Source of the DNA: Fistulifera solaris
Lineage: Eukaryota
DNA: 64,000 nt
Direction of reading: 5' to 3'
Assembly: GCA_030295235.1 (NCBI GenBank)
Contig: AP026169.1
Coordinates: 124,001 to 188,000, forward strand
Position numbers and translations under genes: made by a program. The notes beneath the pieces were generated by a model. It did no database searches, was not told the DNA's origin, and saw only the letters and a list, made by a program, of their open reading frames with translations. Of the stretch, positions 12,615 through 23,033 are shown in pieces. The stretch's first letter is position 1. Every line of letters begins with the position of its first letter.

Positions 12615-15132
12615 TTAGCAAGCAATCCCAAGTGTCAATAGATACTGGCGGAGTCCTTCGAAGCGATGGTCACCGTCAGGACAATGAGCGATAACAATTA
12701 CCTGTGTCATCAGCTCCGCAACAGCAACATCCCACGCGTCTCGCTCTCTTGCTTCCCGTAGAACCTGTGCGCATTCGTCGGTCAAGCTTCGGAACATCGT
12801 TTGACAACGAGAAAAGATTATCACTCAAACGTTTACGTTGAGCATACGGCAAAGGTAGCGCGGGGTAGGTGTATGCTCCTTTCGATTCCCTAGCTTTCGA
12901 ATGGGTAATTGTGCGAAATTGCTCTGGTCTCAGCTCCATAGGTTCCATAAACAACAAATCGTCTGAATTTTCGCCATCTGCGTTAGCCTGCGAATAAAGT
13001 CTCTTTTTCCGGATCTCTTGTGCCTACTTCCAGACCGAGATGGAGTGTTGAAAGAAACAGGAGAATGCAGAGAATTCGAACGAAGCGATTCCGGTGTGAC
13101 TTGAGCTGATGGTCCAGTTGGCACACTCACTCCAAGCGACGCCGGACGAGAAGGCGATGGTTCTTCGCCAGAGATCGAGTCCTTCAAATCGACGAAATTG
13201 TTCATTTCCGAAAGCGGGGCCGCGATTACCCCGGGTTCAGTAGAAATAAAGGAGTTAACTACCGGATATACCATTACACCAATACTTCGCGCCAACGACT
13301 GCTGATACGTGCACCTGTGATTTTGCTTGGGCTGGCCGCATAACTTGCATCGATAACGCATCTTGGGCTGCGATGCGCCCGTCGAAGCCATTTCCGAGTC
13401 GGGGTTATCAGCCGGGTGGCAGAATTCATCGGTTCCATCAACTTTGTCTCCCATCCCGCTTTCCGTCAACGGCTTGCCTTCATCATCAAATGTATTGGAT
13501 CGGCTTGTATCGTCTTTTGTGACTTCAACATGTGCAGAAATTTCCACTGGAGGATCTTCTTCAAACTCCCACGACAATCGGTTGTCATTTTCGTAATATC
13601 GTCCCGATAATGCTTCTTCATATTTCAGGCGTTCTTGTGACTTTTGTGTTGGTGATGTGACTGATGACGACGGTGTCACGGTCGCAGGTTTGGCATCACT
13701 TTCGTCTTTAGATCGGAAAATGGACTCCTCATTGCTCGACATGGACGTCGGGCCATTGTCCCGAATGATTTGACCACCAAACGCACAAATGGACGATTCG
13801 ACTCTTCGGCGTGCTATCGCTATATCTTGAGGTGTCGGATCTGCATAGCGTCCGGGAAGACCGCCGTACATGGTCTGCTCGATAAAAGAGAAAGCAATGA
13901 GTCTTTTCGTCCGACGCAATACGTGTAGTCAAAAAATCAAAATGACTTACCGATTCCCATTTTGATTCCATCTTATTTGATTCCGATGGAGGCTCCAGAA
14001 GTGCAGCTTTCAATCCTGGCAGCAAAAACGAACAATCCTTAAAGGCCATTTTGTATTTGCGCAAGAATACGTAGAACGATGGTTCACTGTTGTCATAATA
14101 CGTTTCACCAAACGAACGATGCGGACCACTAAAACTGGCATTCATGGGATGCGCCTCCTCTTCGGGACGCATGCCACCACTCAAACTGTACAAGACCTGT
14201 GTCGGACTCGGAGACCGACCATCGAGGACCATGGGATTCTCGCGTCGCGGAGGAGCGTTGTTTCCAAACGAATTGACGGGACTGAACCCGATGGTCAACG
14301 ATCCGGCTGTCAACAAGTGTTGCCCCGTCTTTTTCAAATCGGAATGTTCCATGCCAAACGAATCAGCCTGCAAGGACTCATTGAAGTAATTACCATCACC
14401 AAAGCTGTCGAAGGATTGATTAAACAAAACAAAGGATGGATTCATATCAATCAATCCATGTTTCGGACTCTTCTCCAGTAACGGATCCTCTTGTTGTTTG
14501 GGACTCTCCTTTTCGCCGGTGGTTTGGCTTCGTCAAAAGAAGTGGTCGGTGTCCGCAATGACAGTAACATTTTGGGAGGACTTTCTTCTCCCTTACTTTC
14601 GGGTCGGCCACGAAACACCGAGGCCCGTTGCTGTTCGATTTTGGGCAAATGAATCGGAGTACTACCACCCAATACCAAACTCACGCGATTCTTGGGAGGA
14701 GCATGATTCCGATCGTACCGATACTCCTGGTAGGGTGGTGGTGGTTGCCGCGCGTACCGCCGATCGTAATCGTACCGTTGTGGACGATAACGACGCTCTT
14801 CTCCTCCTCCTCCTCCTCCTCCTCCTCCTCCCTCCCTCGATAAGAAGATGATGGAGGATAGCGATGATACCGATCATCCGAAGGCCATCGCGAAGAATCC
14901 GTTTCGGGCCAACGCGAGTTGGAAGCAAACGCTTGAGCTGCGGCCGCGGCGGCTGCCGCAGACGATGGATTGGACGCCTCTGATGATGGTGGTGGTGGTG
15001 GTAGTGGAGGTGGAGGTGGTCGTCCTCCATGACGGCCGGAGATCGTGAACGGGTACGACCGCCGCGACGACTCGTCGTCGTAGTGCGTGCATTGGGAGCC
15101 GTGGGGCGTCCCGTATTAATGGCTACCGGCAT
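12615..15132 (-). CDS. Uncharacterised protein 'A' with a Pro/Gly/Arg-rich N-terminus, a CKLCGQPKQNHRC zinc-knuckle-like motif and a conserved C-terminal helical domain
   Basis: Reconstructed across indels from MPVAINTG (15132) through ORFs 14451-14684, 13729-14454, 12930-13919, 12676-12957 and 12615-12824. Phase-0 intron 13950-13875 (GTAAGT..GCAG). The start position is tentative. Confidence 0.7.
14800..14836. repeat. (CTC)n trinucleotide tract within the gene A N-terminal coding region
   Basis: ctcctcctcc... is directly visible. It reads as poly-Gly (GGA) in the reconstructed minus-strand frame. Confidence 0.85.
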
Positions 15133-15963
15133 ACTTCGTTGCAAATGTCTACGTAAGGCTGAACAAAAAAAAAGAGTGCCTTTCTCAAAAGCAAGTGTAT
15201 GTTTCAAACGCACAGGGTATCCAAGACCACGTCGAATTCTACCGCAGAGCAATGCTCCCGAGGTTCAACCAGATGATGATATCACGGGAAAGAGTTGTTG
15301 TTTGTTTGCTTGTTTTTTTGCTTCGAAAAAACACGAGTCAATCGACAATGTTTACTATTGTGTAACAAATGGTCGGCAATGGGTTAGCGCAGACGATGCG
15401 TCAACGTCAACAGCAAACTCGAGGAAAGAATTCAAAAGGCAATGCAAAGCTGCTGCACTTTTGTAAAAGAAGAAGGATTGTGCTTTCTTTCTAGCTAGAG
15501 GCTCTCCAAAATTTTGTTCGGAGGACTTTTTCGATGTAACGCCCGTTGGAACCGATGGCGTTGTAAACAAGCATGTTCGAACGGACGAGAGTGAATGCGT
15601 TGGTTGAAAAGGAGTGGTGATAGTAAGGCAATATTATCAAACGTTTAGTAAAATTATTCACCACTTTATTCTATGAGATACCACCCCTTTGAAACCGCGC
15701 CGTACCATCACCAGTCACATAAGAAAACCTGTGCCTAACAAACCGATTGGAACGGCCGAAAATTGGAATGACTATAAATAATATCAGTGGGGTATACATC
15801 TATGTATCCAAATGGTTTGATAGTATAGTGTACAAAGCGTTTCCGGTAGAATCGTGCGGGCGTGCGGTGAACGGTCCAATGTCCGATGACGTGAGACAGC
15901 ATGGTGCACCTCGTACTTGTATTTCGTGGTTTGCCAATAATACGATCGAAGTCAAAAAATGTT

Positions 15964-17366
15964 TCAACAGGAAATTCCCATATACAACAAATAGCGTCGC
16001 AAACCTTCCAAACGGGCATCACCGGGCGCACAGCACCCGGCAATCACCACTTGGGTCAAGAGCTCGGCGACGCCTTGATCCCAGGCGTCTTCGAAACGGG
16101 CTTGTTCTAACAACACCACAATGGCGGGCATTCCAAGAGGACGGGCCAACATAAAGAGAGAATCACTCCATTGCTGGCGTTCATAAGTTGTCAAGGGAAT
16201 GGGTGGGTACGTATAATCCCCATTCGAAGGAGCCATGGTACGAAATTGTTCTGGATGCAACGTCGCCCACAAAGAATCACTCGTCAAGGCGGACGCCGGG
16301 GAATAAAACAACGGAGGGTGTTCGGTCGCATCATTGTTCATTTCTGTCAAGGCTGGAGCCTTTTGTCCGGGTTCCGCAGCCGTGTAGGCATGGACCGTGG
16401 GGTACACCATGACTCCGATACTCCGTTGAATAAGGTCGTCCGAAGAATCCAAACCGAGTCGTTGGGACGGTGTCTCACTCTCCGGAAGTGGCGGACTTTC
16501 TTCCACGTCCCAACTGATGCGACGATCATGAATGGTGTAGCGTCGGGGTAGTACTTGTTCGTAGTGTCGTCGGGGTAAGTTGACACGTTTTTCACGAAAA
16601 ATGGACCTTTTCTCTTGTTGGTGAGGTACAACGCCTCCAAAGGCACAAATGGCAGCCTCCACGCGACGGGTTCCAATAATTATATCATGATGATCCTGTA
16701 AAATGGTGCCGTGAGACAAAATGCAATGTAGCCAACAAAATGGCCAACAAGAATAACCCTACCGCATGGCTGACAGGAAAGTCATCTCTACCACCGCACG
16801 GAAGTAGATATTTGAGAGCAGAAAGCTGCTGCCGAACCGAGCGGAGGACACAATACGGATCAAAATACGAAGATGGAGTGAAATAAGAATGTTCCCAATC
16901 GGGTGCAACGTAAGATACAGCTGTCACACTGGATGGATGGCTCGTCTCGTGTTTGGTGGGCGATGAGTCGCAGTTGTGTAGCATTTGAACCGGGGAATCG
17001 TGCAAAGAGGTTTCTTCATCATCTGAAAAGTGGAGTGTTGGGATTGTGATATTGGCCAGATTGAAATCACCATGCTTGGGAAGCGTTGGAGATGCAACCG
17101 GGTCCGAGAGACTGAATGTTTTGCTGTCCGTCGAAGAAAAACTTCGCTGTAGATCGGAAAGACTATCAAACGACTCATTCAATAAAGTATTGGAGTAGGA
17201 GTCTGCACTGTTTTCGGTCGGATCTGGTGAATGCGGGTGAACGACCTTCTATAAACATTGTGAGGCACTTTTGAGGACGATGAATGTGACGAAGGTTACC
17301 TACCTTTGATAGTTCTTCCTTGCCTTCATCGCTCTTCTCATTGATTATCTTCGTTGGAGTATTCAT
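15964..17366 (-). CDS. Uncharacterised protein 'B', a tandem paralogue of gene A lacking the zinc-knuckle motif (~426 aa)
   Basis: Exons 17366-17304, 17248-16763 and 16695-15964 join in frame via phase-0 GT-AG introns (55 and 67 nt). Shares RRVE..ICAFGG, SIGVMVYP, PEQFRT, AWD..VAEL.TQV and EGLR.YLL..GI.C with gene A. Confidence 0.8.
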
Positions 17367-18185
17367 GGTGAAAAGCCAAAGCACAAAATAATGCGGGCGC
17401 CAAGTTGGAGGACGGAAAAAGAACTGCATCGGAAAACATGTTACTTTCTCTCTAGTCTGATTTCGCGCCATGTCGAATCTTGTCAATGCAAAAAATGAGC
17501 GCTAAAACCATTCTTGGTGGTCCATTTCCCTCCACGTTGTGTCTTTGGAACGAATTCAAATGCAGAAAGAGGAAATAGAATGTTCTTGTGTTCCTGTACC
17601 CAAAAAAATTGTGGGTCGAAATCTGTCTTGCCGCAGGTAAACTTATTACTAAGTACGTAAGTGTCTCTTCGCTTAAGTACAACGGAGTAACTAATAGCTC
17701 TGCGACAACAGACGGACAGGAAGGTGCACTTCCTAACTCCTAACTCGTGGATGAGCAACGAGAAGTGAGAAGTCATCGGTTACTCCGTACTCCGGAGTAC
17801 AAGTAATATTTCTTGTCAGGCGACGATCTCCGAGCTACGAATAACAAGTACATACTACTAGTAATAATCAACGATCAGTCATTCTGGGTATTATGTGATT
17901 ATAGTCTTTTGTCACAGTCATTCTATAACATAGCACACACTCCAAACTCCATAGGCAATACTTGAGACTTGAGAGCTCGAGACTCGAGAGTCAACAGGTC
18001 AAGAGTGGCCGGTGGTAGACTTTAGGCTTTAGGTCACTGTTCACTACTTAATGAAAATGACCTTTTCATTAAAACCGGGAGCGGTCATCGGGTCATAAGG
18101 AAGATGTGATATCAAAGATAAGAGAACAAGAGTTAAGTTCAAAAGTGGAGTACGGAAGCGGCTATTGCGAATTGCGACTGGTTAA

Positions 18186-18239
18186 GGCGGCTCCCATTGT
18201 AATTTTTTACCCGCCCAAAACGACTTCCTAAATGGCACG
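18186..18239 (+). repeat. Left TIR (54 bp): GGCGGCTCCCATTGTAATTTTTTACCCGCCCAAAACGACTTCCTAAATGGCACG
   Basis: Reverse complement of 21942-21994 except for a 1-nt homopolymer length difference (T6 vs A5). Confidence 0.95.
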
Positions 18240-18416
18240 CCACGTCACCGGGTCTTTTTGGAAGTCTGTTTTGGAATTTTTATCGATTTTTTTAGCCAAA
18301 TTATTCCAAAACGGCCTTCCAAAACATCCCGTCACCCCGCATCTTCTGCCAACTACTAAAATTCACGAACAACAATAACGTTTTGTGGTAGTTTAGTCTG
18401 CTTTCTTCGTAGTAAC

Positions 18417-20260
18417 ATGAGCGACAACATCAGCAGTAGCGGTCAAAGCTCCTCGGGAAACTCTCAGCGCCCGATGAAGCTAGCATTGTTGTGATGGAGA
18501 CTGACGCGAATGCTCATTGTGAGGAACATCGAGAGGTAGTTGTACTTCCTGATGCAGAAGTAGAAGCTGACAAAGAGCAGGTTGACGATGAAGCTGACAA
18601 AGAACCTGTTGATGATTTAGATGAAGTTAATGTGGGCGAAGGAGTTTATGTTCTTCCTGAAAAGAAGAAGATAAGGGGAACCTTCAAAAGTATATGGAAG
18701 ATCAGGCCAATCTCGACCCAAAGGACCACGGACCGTACATCTGTATGCTTGTTGAAACAACATTTCCGGAGTGGAAAATTTTTCAGAAGACTCCATATTA
18801 TCAAAACGAGGCCAAGGAAATGAAAGGAAAAAAGGGTGATTATAGGAGTGTGAAGATGAAGAAGAAATTGATTATTCAGGAGCTTGAAACTGCCGGGGGG
18901 GGCCTATCAAGAACGGAAATAACAAAACAATTAAAGCTCTTGTCAAAGAGCTTTCTTCCCAGGAATTGGCGCTGGAAGACATGCGGGATATTACTTATTT
19001 GTGTTACCGTGAACGGGAGCTTCGAAAGCATCTGAAGTTGTTCTTGGCAAAACGATCGAACTGGACACAACAAGGGCAATCAAAACAACTCAACATGACC
19101 GGATGAGGTTCATTTTGATGTTTAACGACATGACAATTTCAAGGGCGTATAGGTTGTCACAGTATTATGCAATTCGACTAGTAGTAGATGGAAGAAAGAA
19201 CCAGGCATACAAAGACGACACCTTTTATGGAAAGGCCATCGCAAAGTTCAATGATCCTTCCTGGATTCCTGTCAGTGAAGCTCTGCCTAACCTGCATCCT
19301 GATTTTGAGGAACCGAAGAGTATCCACTCCGTCCAGGTAAGTTTGTTAGGTTTTTTCCGTTTGATTGATTCTTCTTATGCTGTAACTGTAACAACAGGTG
19401 CTCTGTTGGACGAGGGAGAAAGCAAAAAACATCCTAGGTGGTCACAAGCTCCGTATCAAGGAGATGCTTGACAAGTATGATCGCAGTGGTAGGGGTGCCA
19501 TCAATGCCGCAGACATGTATACACTAGGTGACAAAGACAATGATGACGACTCTGATACTCTTGATGACCGTGGGCGAAGAAGACCCGGGTACCGAAGTTG
19601 ACGAGGGTCGAGGGAAGCATTGAGGGTGGGACGGGAGTAGTTTACACGGATCCGACAATCAGAGCCAAGTTTGGACACTTCGACTTGGAGAAGGCAATGA
19701 GGTCGGGTGGTGATGATAGGAAAGATTACCTTGGAAAAAATCCTACAGATATTCTTTATTGGTGGCATGTCCTTGACGAGCTTGAACTGATCACAATGAT
19801 GTGTGTGAAGTTGAATCAAGATCTCCGTGCTGATTGCTACACACCACTGCAATCTGTATCTGATTTATCTTCATCTAGTAAGAAGAAGAGAGCAATTAAT
19901 GATGACAACGAAGAGATAAAGCAAAACTTGGGCATGCTTATGGATAACATTGCGACGATCACGGCTCAGTTGACCACGTTCACTAGCAAAGTTATCGAGG
20001 CTGCAGAAAAAAAGAATGCATTGGCTGTAGAAGTAGCAGATAGAGAACATGCCAGATTGCTTGAAGAATCCCGACTCCGAGAGCTAAATAATTTGGAGGA
20101 CCGATTGTTGAAAAAGAAATCTGAGTACCAGCAGTTGTTACAGGATAACTTTAGGGAGAAAGACAAGGATGCACGAGCAATGCAAAAGGCCATCATCAAT
20201 ATGATTAAACAGGACATGGAGGAAATTGAGTCAAAGAAACGTAAATTGGAAAAGAAATAG
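18417..20260 (+). CDS. Harbinger ORF2 (accessory, putative degenerate Myb/SANT-like DNA-binding protein with a C-terminal coiled coil); multiply frameshifted
   Basis: Starts MSDNISSS at 18417. Fragments at 18491, 18694, 19103, 19398 and 19598 are linked by indels and a phase-0 intron 19337-19397. Contains WTREKAK...KEMLDKYDRSGRG and ILYWWHVLD, and a K/E-rich helical tail. Confidence 0.7.
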
Positions 20261-20269
20261 TAAACTAGT

Positions 20270-21729
20270 TTATACGTTTTGATTCGTCGATGTAGAACCT
20301 CTTGGTCCAGGTCGGCGAAAGCCTTGCTCGGTGACATATCGAAGCATCGCAAAGATAGGAAGGTCATTCACATGGACTAGGTTAGGATCGTATTCAATGC
20401 GAAGACCACTCTGTACATTGGTAGGGACATGTACTAAATCGGTATTCACAGACAACGCATGGTTGGCAGCGTGTCGATAGTTCCTTCTATCTCGGTCTGC
20501 AACAAATGCACCTCCATCTAGCAGTTCGCTCACACGGTCACGTTCCGGATCATACAACCAACCATCACCTTGGATTTGAACTTGTGAGAGGCGGCTTTGT
20601 CCCTGATACATTATAAACTCGCGATCGTCGTCAGTTGCTGGTAACACTTGATTTTCAGCATCCTTCTTGACGTCAATGAGAAAATTGTGGATCTTGCAGA
20701 GAGCAAGGAAGAGGTAATGGATCTTTTGACTTTGAAATTAACCGGCATCGGCTTACGGAGGCATCCAAACCGGTGAACAAGAATACCAAAGGCACACTCG
20801 ATGTTTATCCTTGTCTGAGAGTGGTAAAAGTTGAAGTCGTCTTTAGGTCCACCGGATATTGCTTTGAATGGTGCTACCATGTTTGGAGTGTTGACATAGG
20901 CGTTATCTCCAAACAACACCAACCCTGGGGCTAGAAATCCTGCAGTTTCGACTTGCTCTCGGAGCTTACAGTCCATCCACATGGTGAAGTCAGAAGCTGA
21001 ACCTGGATGCTCGCAGTATACATCTAAAAATCTTTTATCAGCATCACAAACTCCCTGGATATTGCAACCGAATTTCTTTTTCCTTCCGGCTGTAGAATTT
21101 AAGAGGTCCAACGCCCAAAACCACGTCATCCTCAGATGGCCTATTTGTCCACACAAGCATCCCATCAATAGCTCCAACACAGTTTGTGAAGTTACACGCA
21201 GACTTTTGAGCAAATCCAGCTGCCACAGCTTGTTGCCTCATGAGTTTGAGGAAAGATTATGTCGAGCATTCTAGCAAGGTGAATAGCATCGACAACTCGC
21301 CAAACACTCCTGTAAACTTCATTGCAATGAACTCCATGAGCTAATGCAACGTCGTGCTTGTCACCGCCAGCAAAGAAAACGCAAGGCCATCATCAATCTC
21401 AAGTCGTTGGGGATGAGGCCGTTGGGGGTCTTACCGCTTTCTCTTCTTGGGGTTCGGCATATATGGCTCAATGATGTGGAATAGTTCAACAAATGTGTCC
21501 TCCGACATCCGATACATACGGCCGGAAGGTATGGCTTCCAACCAGAGCACAAATGGATTCAAACGTTTTTCTTTCTCTAGCAATTGTGGTTACTCCAGAA
21601 CGTCCCCCCGACAGGACGACACTCATTCGCCTTCCAAATTTGCACTGTTATAAATGCAATTGCAGTTGAAGCCATGGCAACCACTGCTTGCATGTACAAG
21701 AAGCATTGGTAAATATCCTTATCACCCAT
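20270..21729 (-). CDS. Harbinger (HARBI1/DDE_Tnp_4-like) transposase; multiply frameshifted in this assembly
   Basis: Motifs RMYRMS..TF, LRLMMALRF, CVGAIDG, RKKKFGCNIQGVCD, HPGSASD, LFGDNAY, FNFYHSQTRINIECAFGILVHRF and ALCKIHNF are recovered across about six or more frame changes. Confidence 0.9.
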
Positions 21730-21941
21730 TATCTACAAGAATGGGTTGTTATTTTAATGACCAGCCATGACATAGAAAGAAATGAATGTAAAAAAATTTG
21801 ATAATTGGCAGGAGCCGGTACCGGGTACCAGACCTGGTACTTTTGGAAACGAATTTACAATGGATCGGAAAATCAGTATTTGGGTGCATGTTGGATTTTT
21901 TTTCTGGCAAGAGAAAATATCCAGTCATGAATGACCGGGAA

Positions 21942-21994
21942 CGTGCCATTTAGGAAGTCGTTTTGGGCGGGTAAAAATTACAATGGGAGCCGCC
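21942..21994 (-). repeat. Right TIR (53 bp)
   Basis: cgtgccatttaggaagtcgttttgggcgggtaaaaattacaatgggagccgcc, followed by taa. Confidence 0.95.
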
Positions 21995-22093
21995 TAAGCG
22001 ACCTTTGAATTCCTTTGAACCAGTCAACGTTCTTTTGTTTTTTTTTGAACGATCCGCAAACCCAGCGTTTTCTTCCAAAAGAAAGAAATAAAC

Positions 22094-22533
22094 ATGAATC
22101 TTCCAGATCAACGCTTAGAAATAACAGTCTTACCTTTAGAGGTAATGAAACTTGTGAGAGAAGCCATCAACATTACGATTGTTGGTGACAACGCGCGGCG
22201 GCCGTCGAGAGAGTATCGGATTGCCAAAGTTCGATCCAATACCAGTTCCGACTCACTCAAATTGAAAGAAAAATATTTTTGCATCGTCGCGGTTTAATAC
22301 GTCATTCTTCGAATGATATTGGTTTCGATCGATGGGCGACGAGGAATCCGGAAGAAGTTCCATCGCGAGCACCGCCTCGTCGGTCGGTGTCGGCGGATTT
22401 CGCACCTTCTTTACCGACACGCAGTTCATTCGAAAAATTAGAAACCATCGAGCAGCATTCGTCTCTGATGGATCGATACGTTCCGCCTACTCTGTTTCCC
22501 AGAAGGAAGCCGTCGGTGCGAAAAATCGCCTGA
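22094..22533 (+). CDS. Small hypothetical protein, split by an indel near 22270
   Basis: ORFs 22094-22297 and 22279-22533 overlap at an A/T run. A-rich context precedes the ATG. Confidence 0.5.
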
Positions 22534-23033
22534 TACGTGTTCGTTACATGTTTATTTGCTCGCTCCAATGCAACTTGTTCGTTGTGTGCTCCCGAATAAA
22601 CCGTTATTCTATAAATAATACTCCATGATTTAGTAATGATGGCTGGTCTTTTTCTCTATTTTGCCTTTTCTCACGTGCAACGCGAACTCAGAACGTTTGA
22701 CGATGACGGAAAAATGTTTTCGATCTGGTTTTCAATTCTTTGTCTCCTCTCCTTCTGGGCAACGTACAAACGCCACTACATAATTACCGTTGAAACGCAG
22801 GCAGCACAAAACTCTTAAATAAAACTTGTTATTTGAAAAATATAGTACATCATGTATCATACTGCGCAAGATTCCGTTGGTGATCCAGGATGTCTCGCGA
22901 AACACGAAATCATCACAAAGCAAAAGGAACAAGTGCATCGTCATGAACAAAGTAAAAGTGCCTTCCACTCCGGTGATCGATCATTGCCTTTAATTAAAGA
23001 AACAAACAAAGATAGTCATACCCGTCATTAATC

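Larger units (their letters stand above)
18186..21994. mobile_element. Full-length PIF/Harbinger DNA transposon (3809 bp)
   Basis: TIRs at 18186-18239 and 21942-21994; TAA flanks both ends (18183-18185, 21995-21997). Contains a DDE_Tnp_4-type transposase and a convergent second ORF. Confidence 0.95.

Noticed and set aside
14498..15466. Independent small ORFs with poly-His, poly-Arg, poly-Leu or poly-Val tracts
   Set aside because: These are alternative frames of trinucleotide repeats in the frameshifted N-terminus of gene A.
17776..18060. Short palindromes and repeats (tactccggagta, gagacttgagagctcgagactcgagag) left of the transposon as a second element
   Set aside because: No paired termini or TSD found; similar GTAC-rich micro-palindromes occur in other intergenic regions (~33400, ~58355, ~61035).
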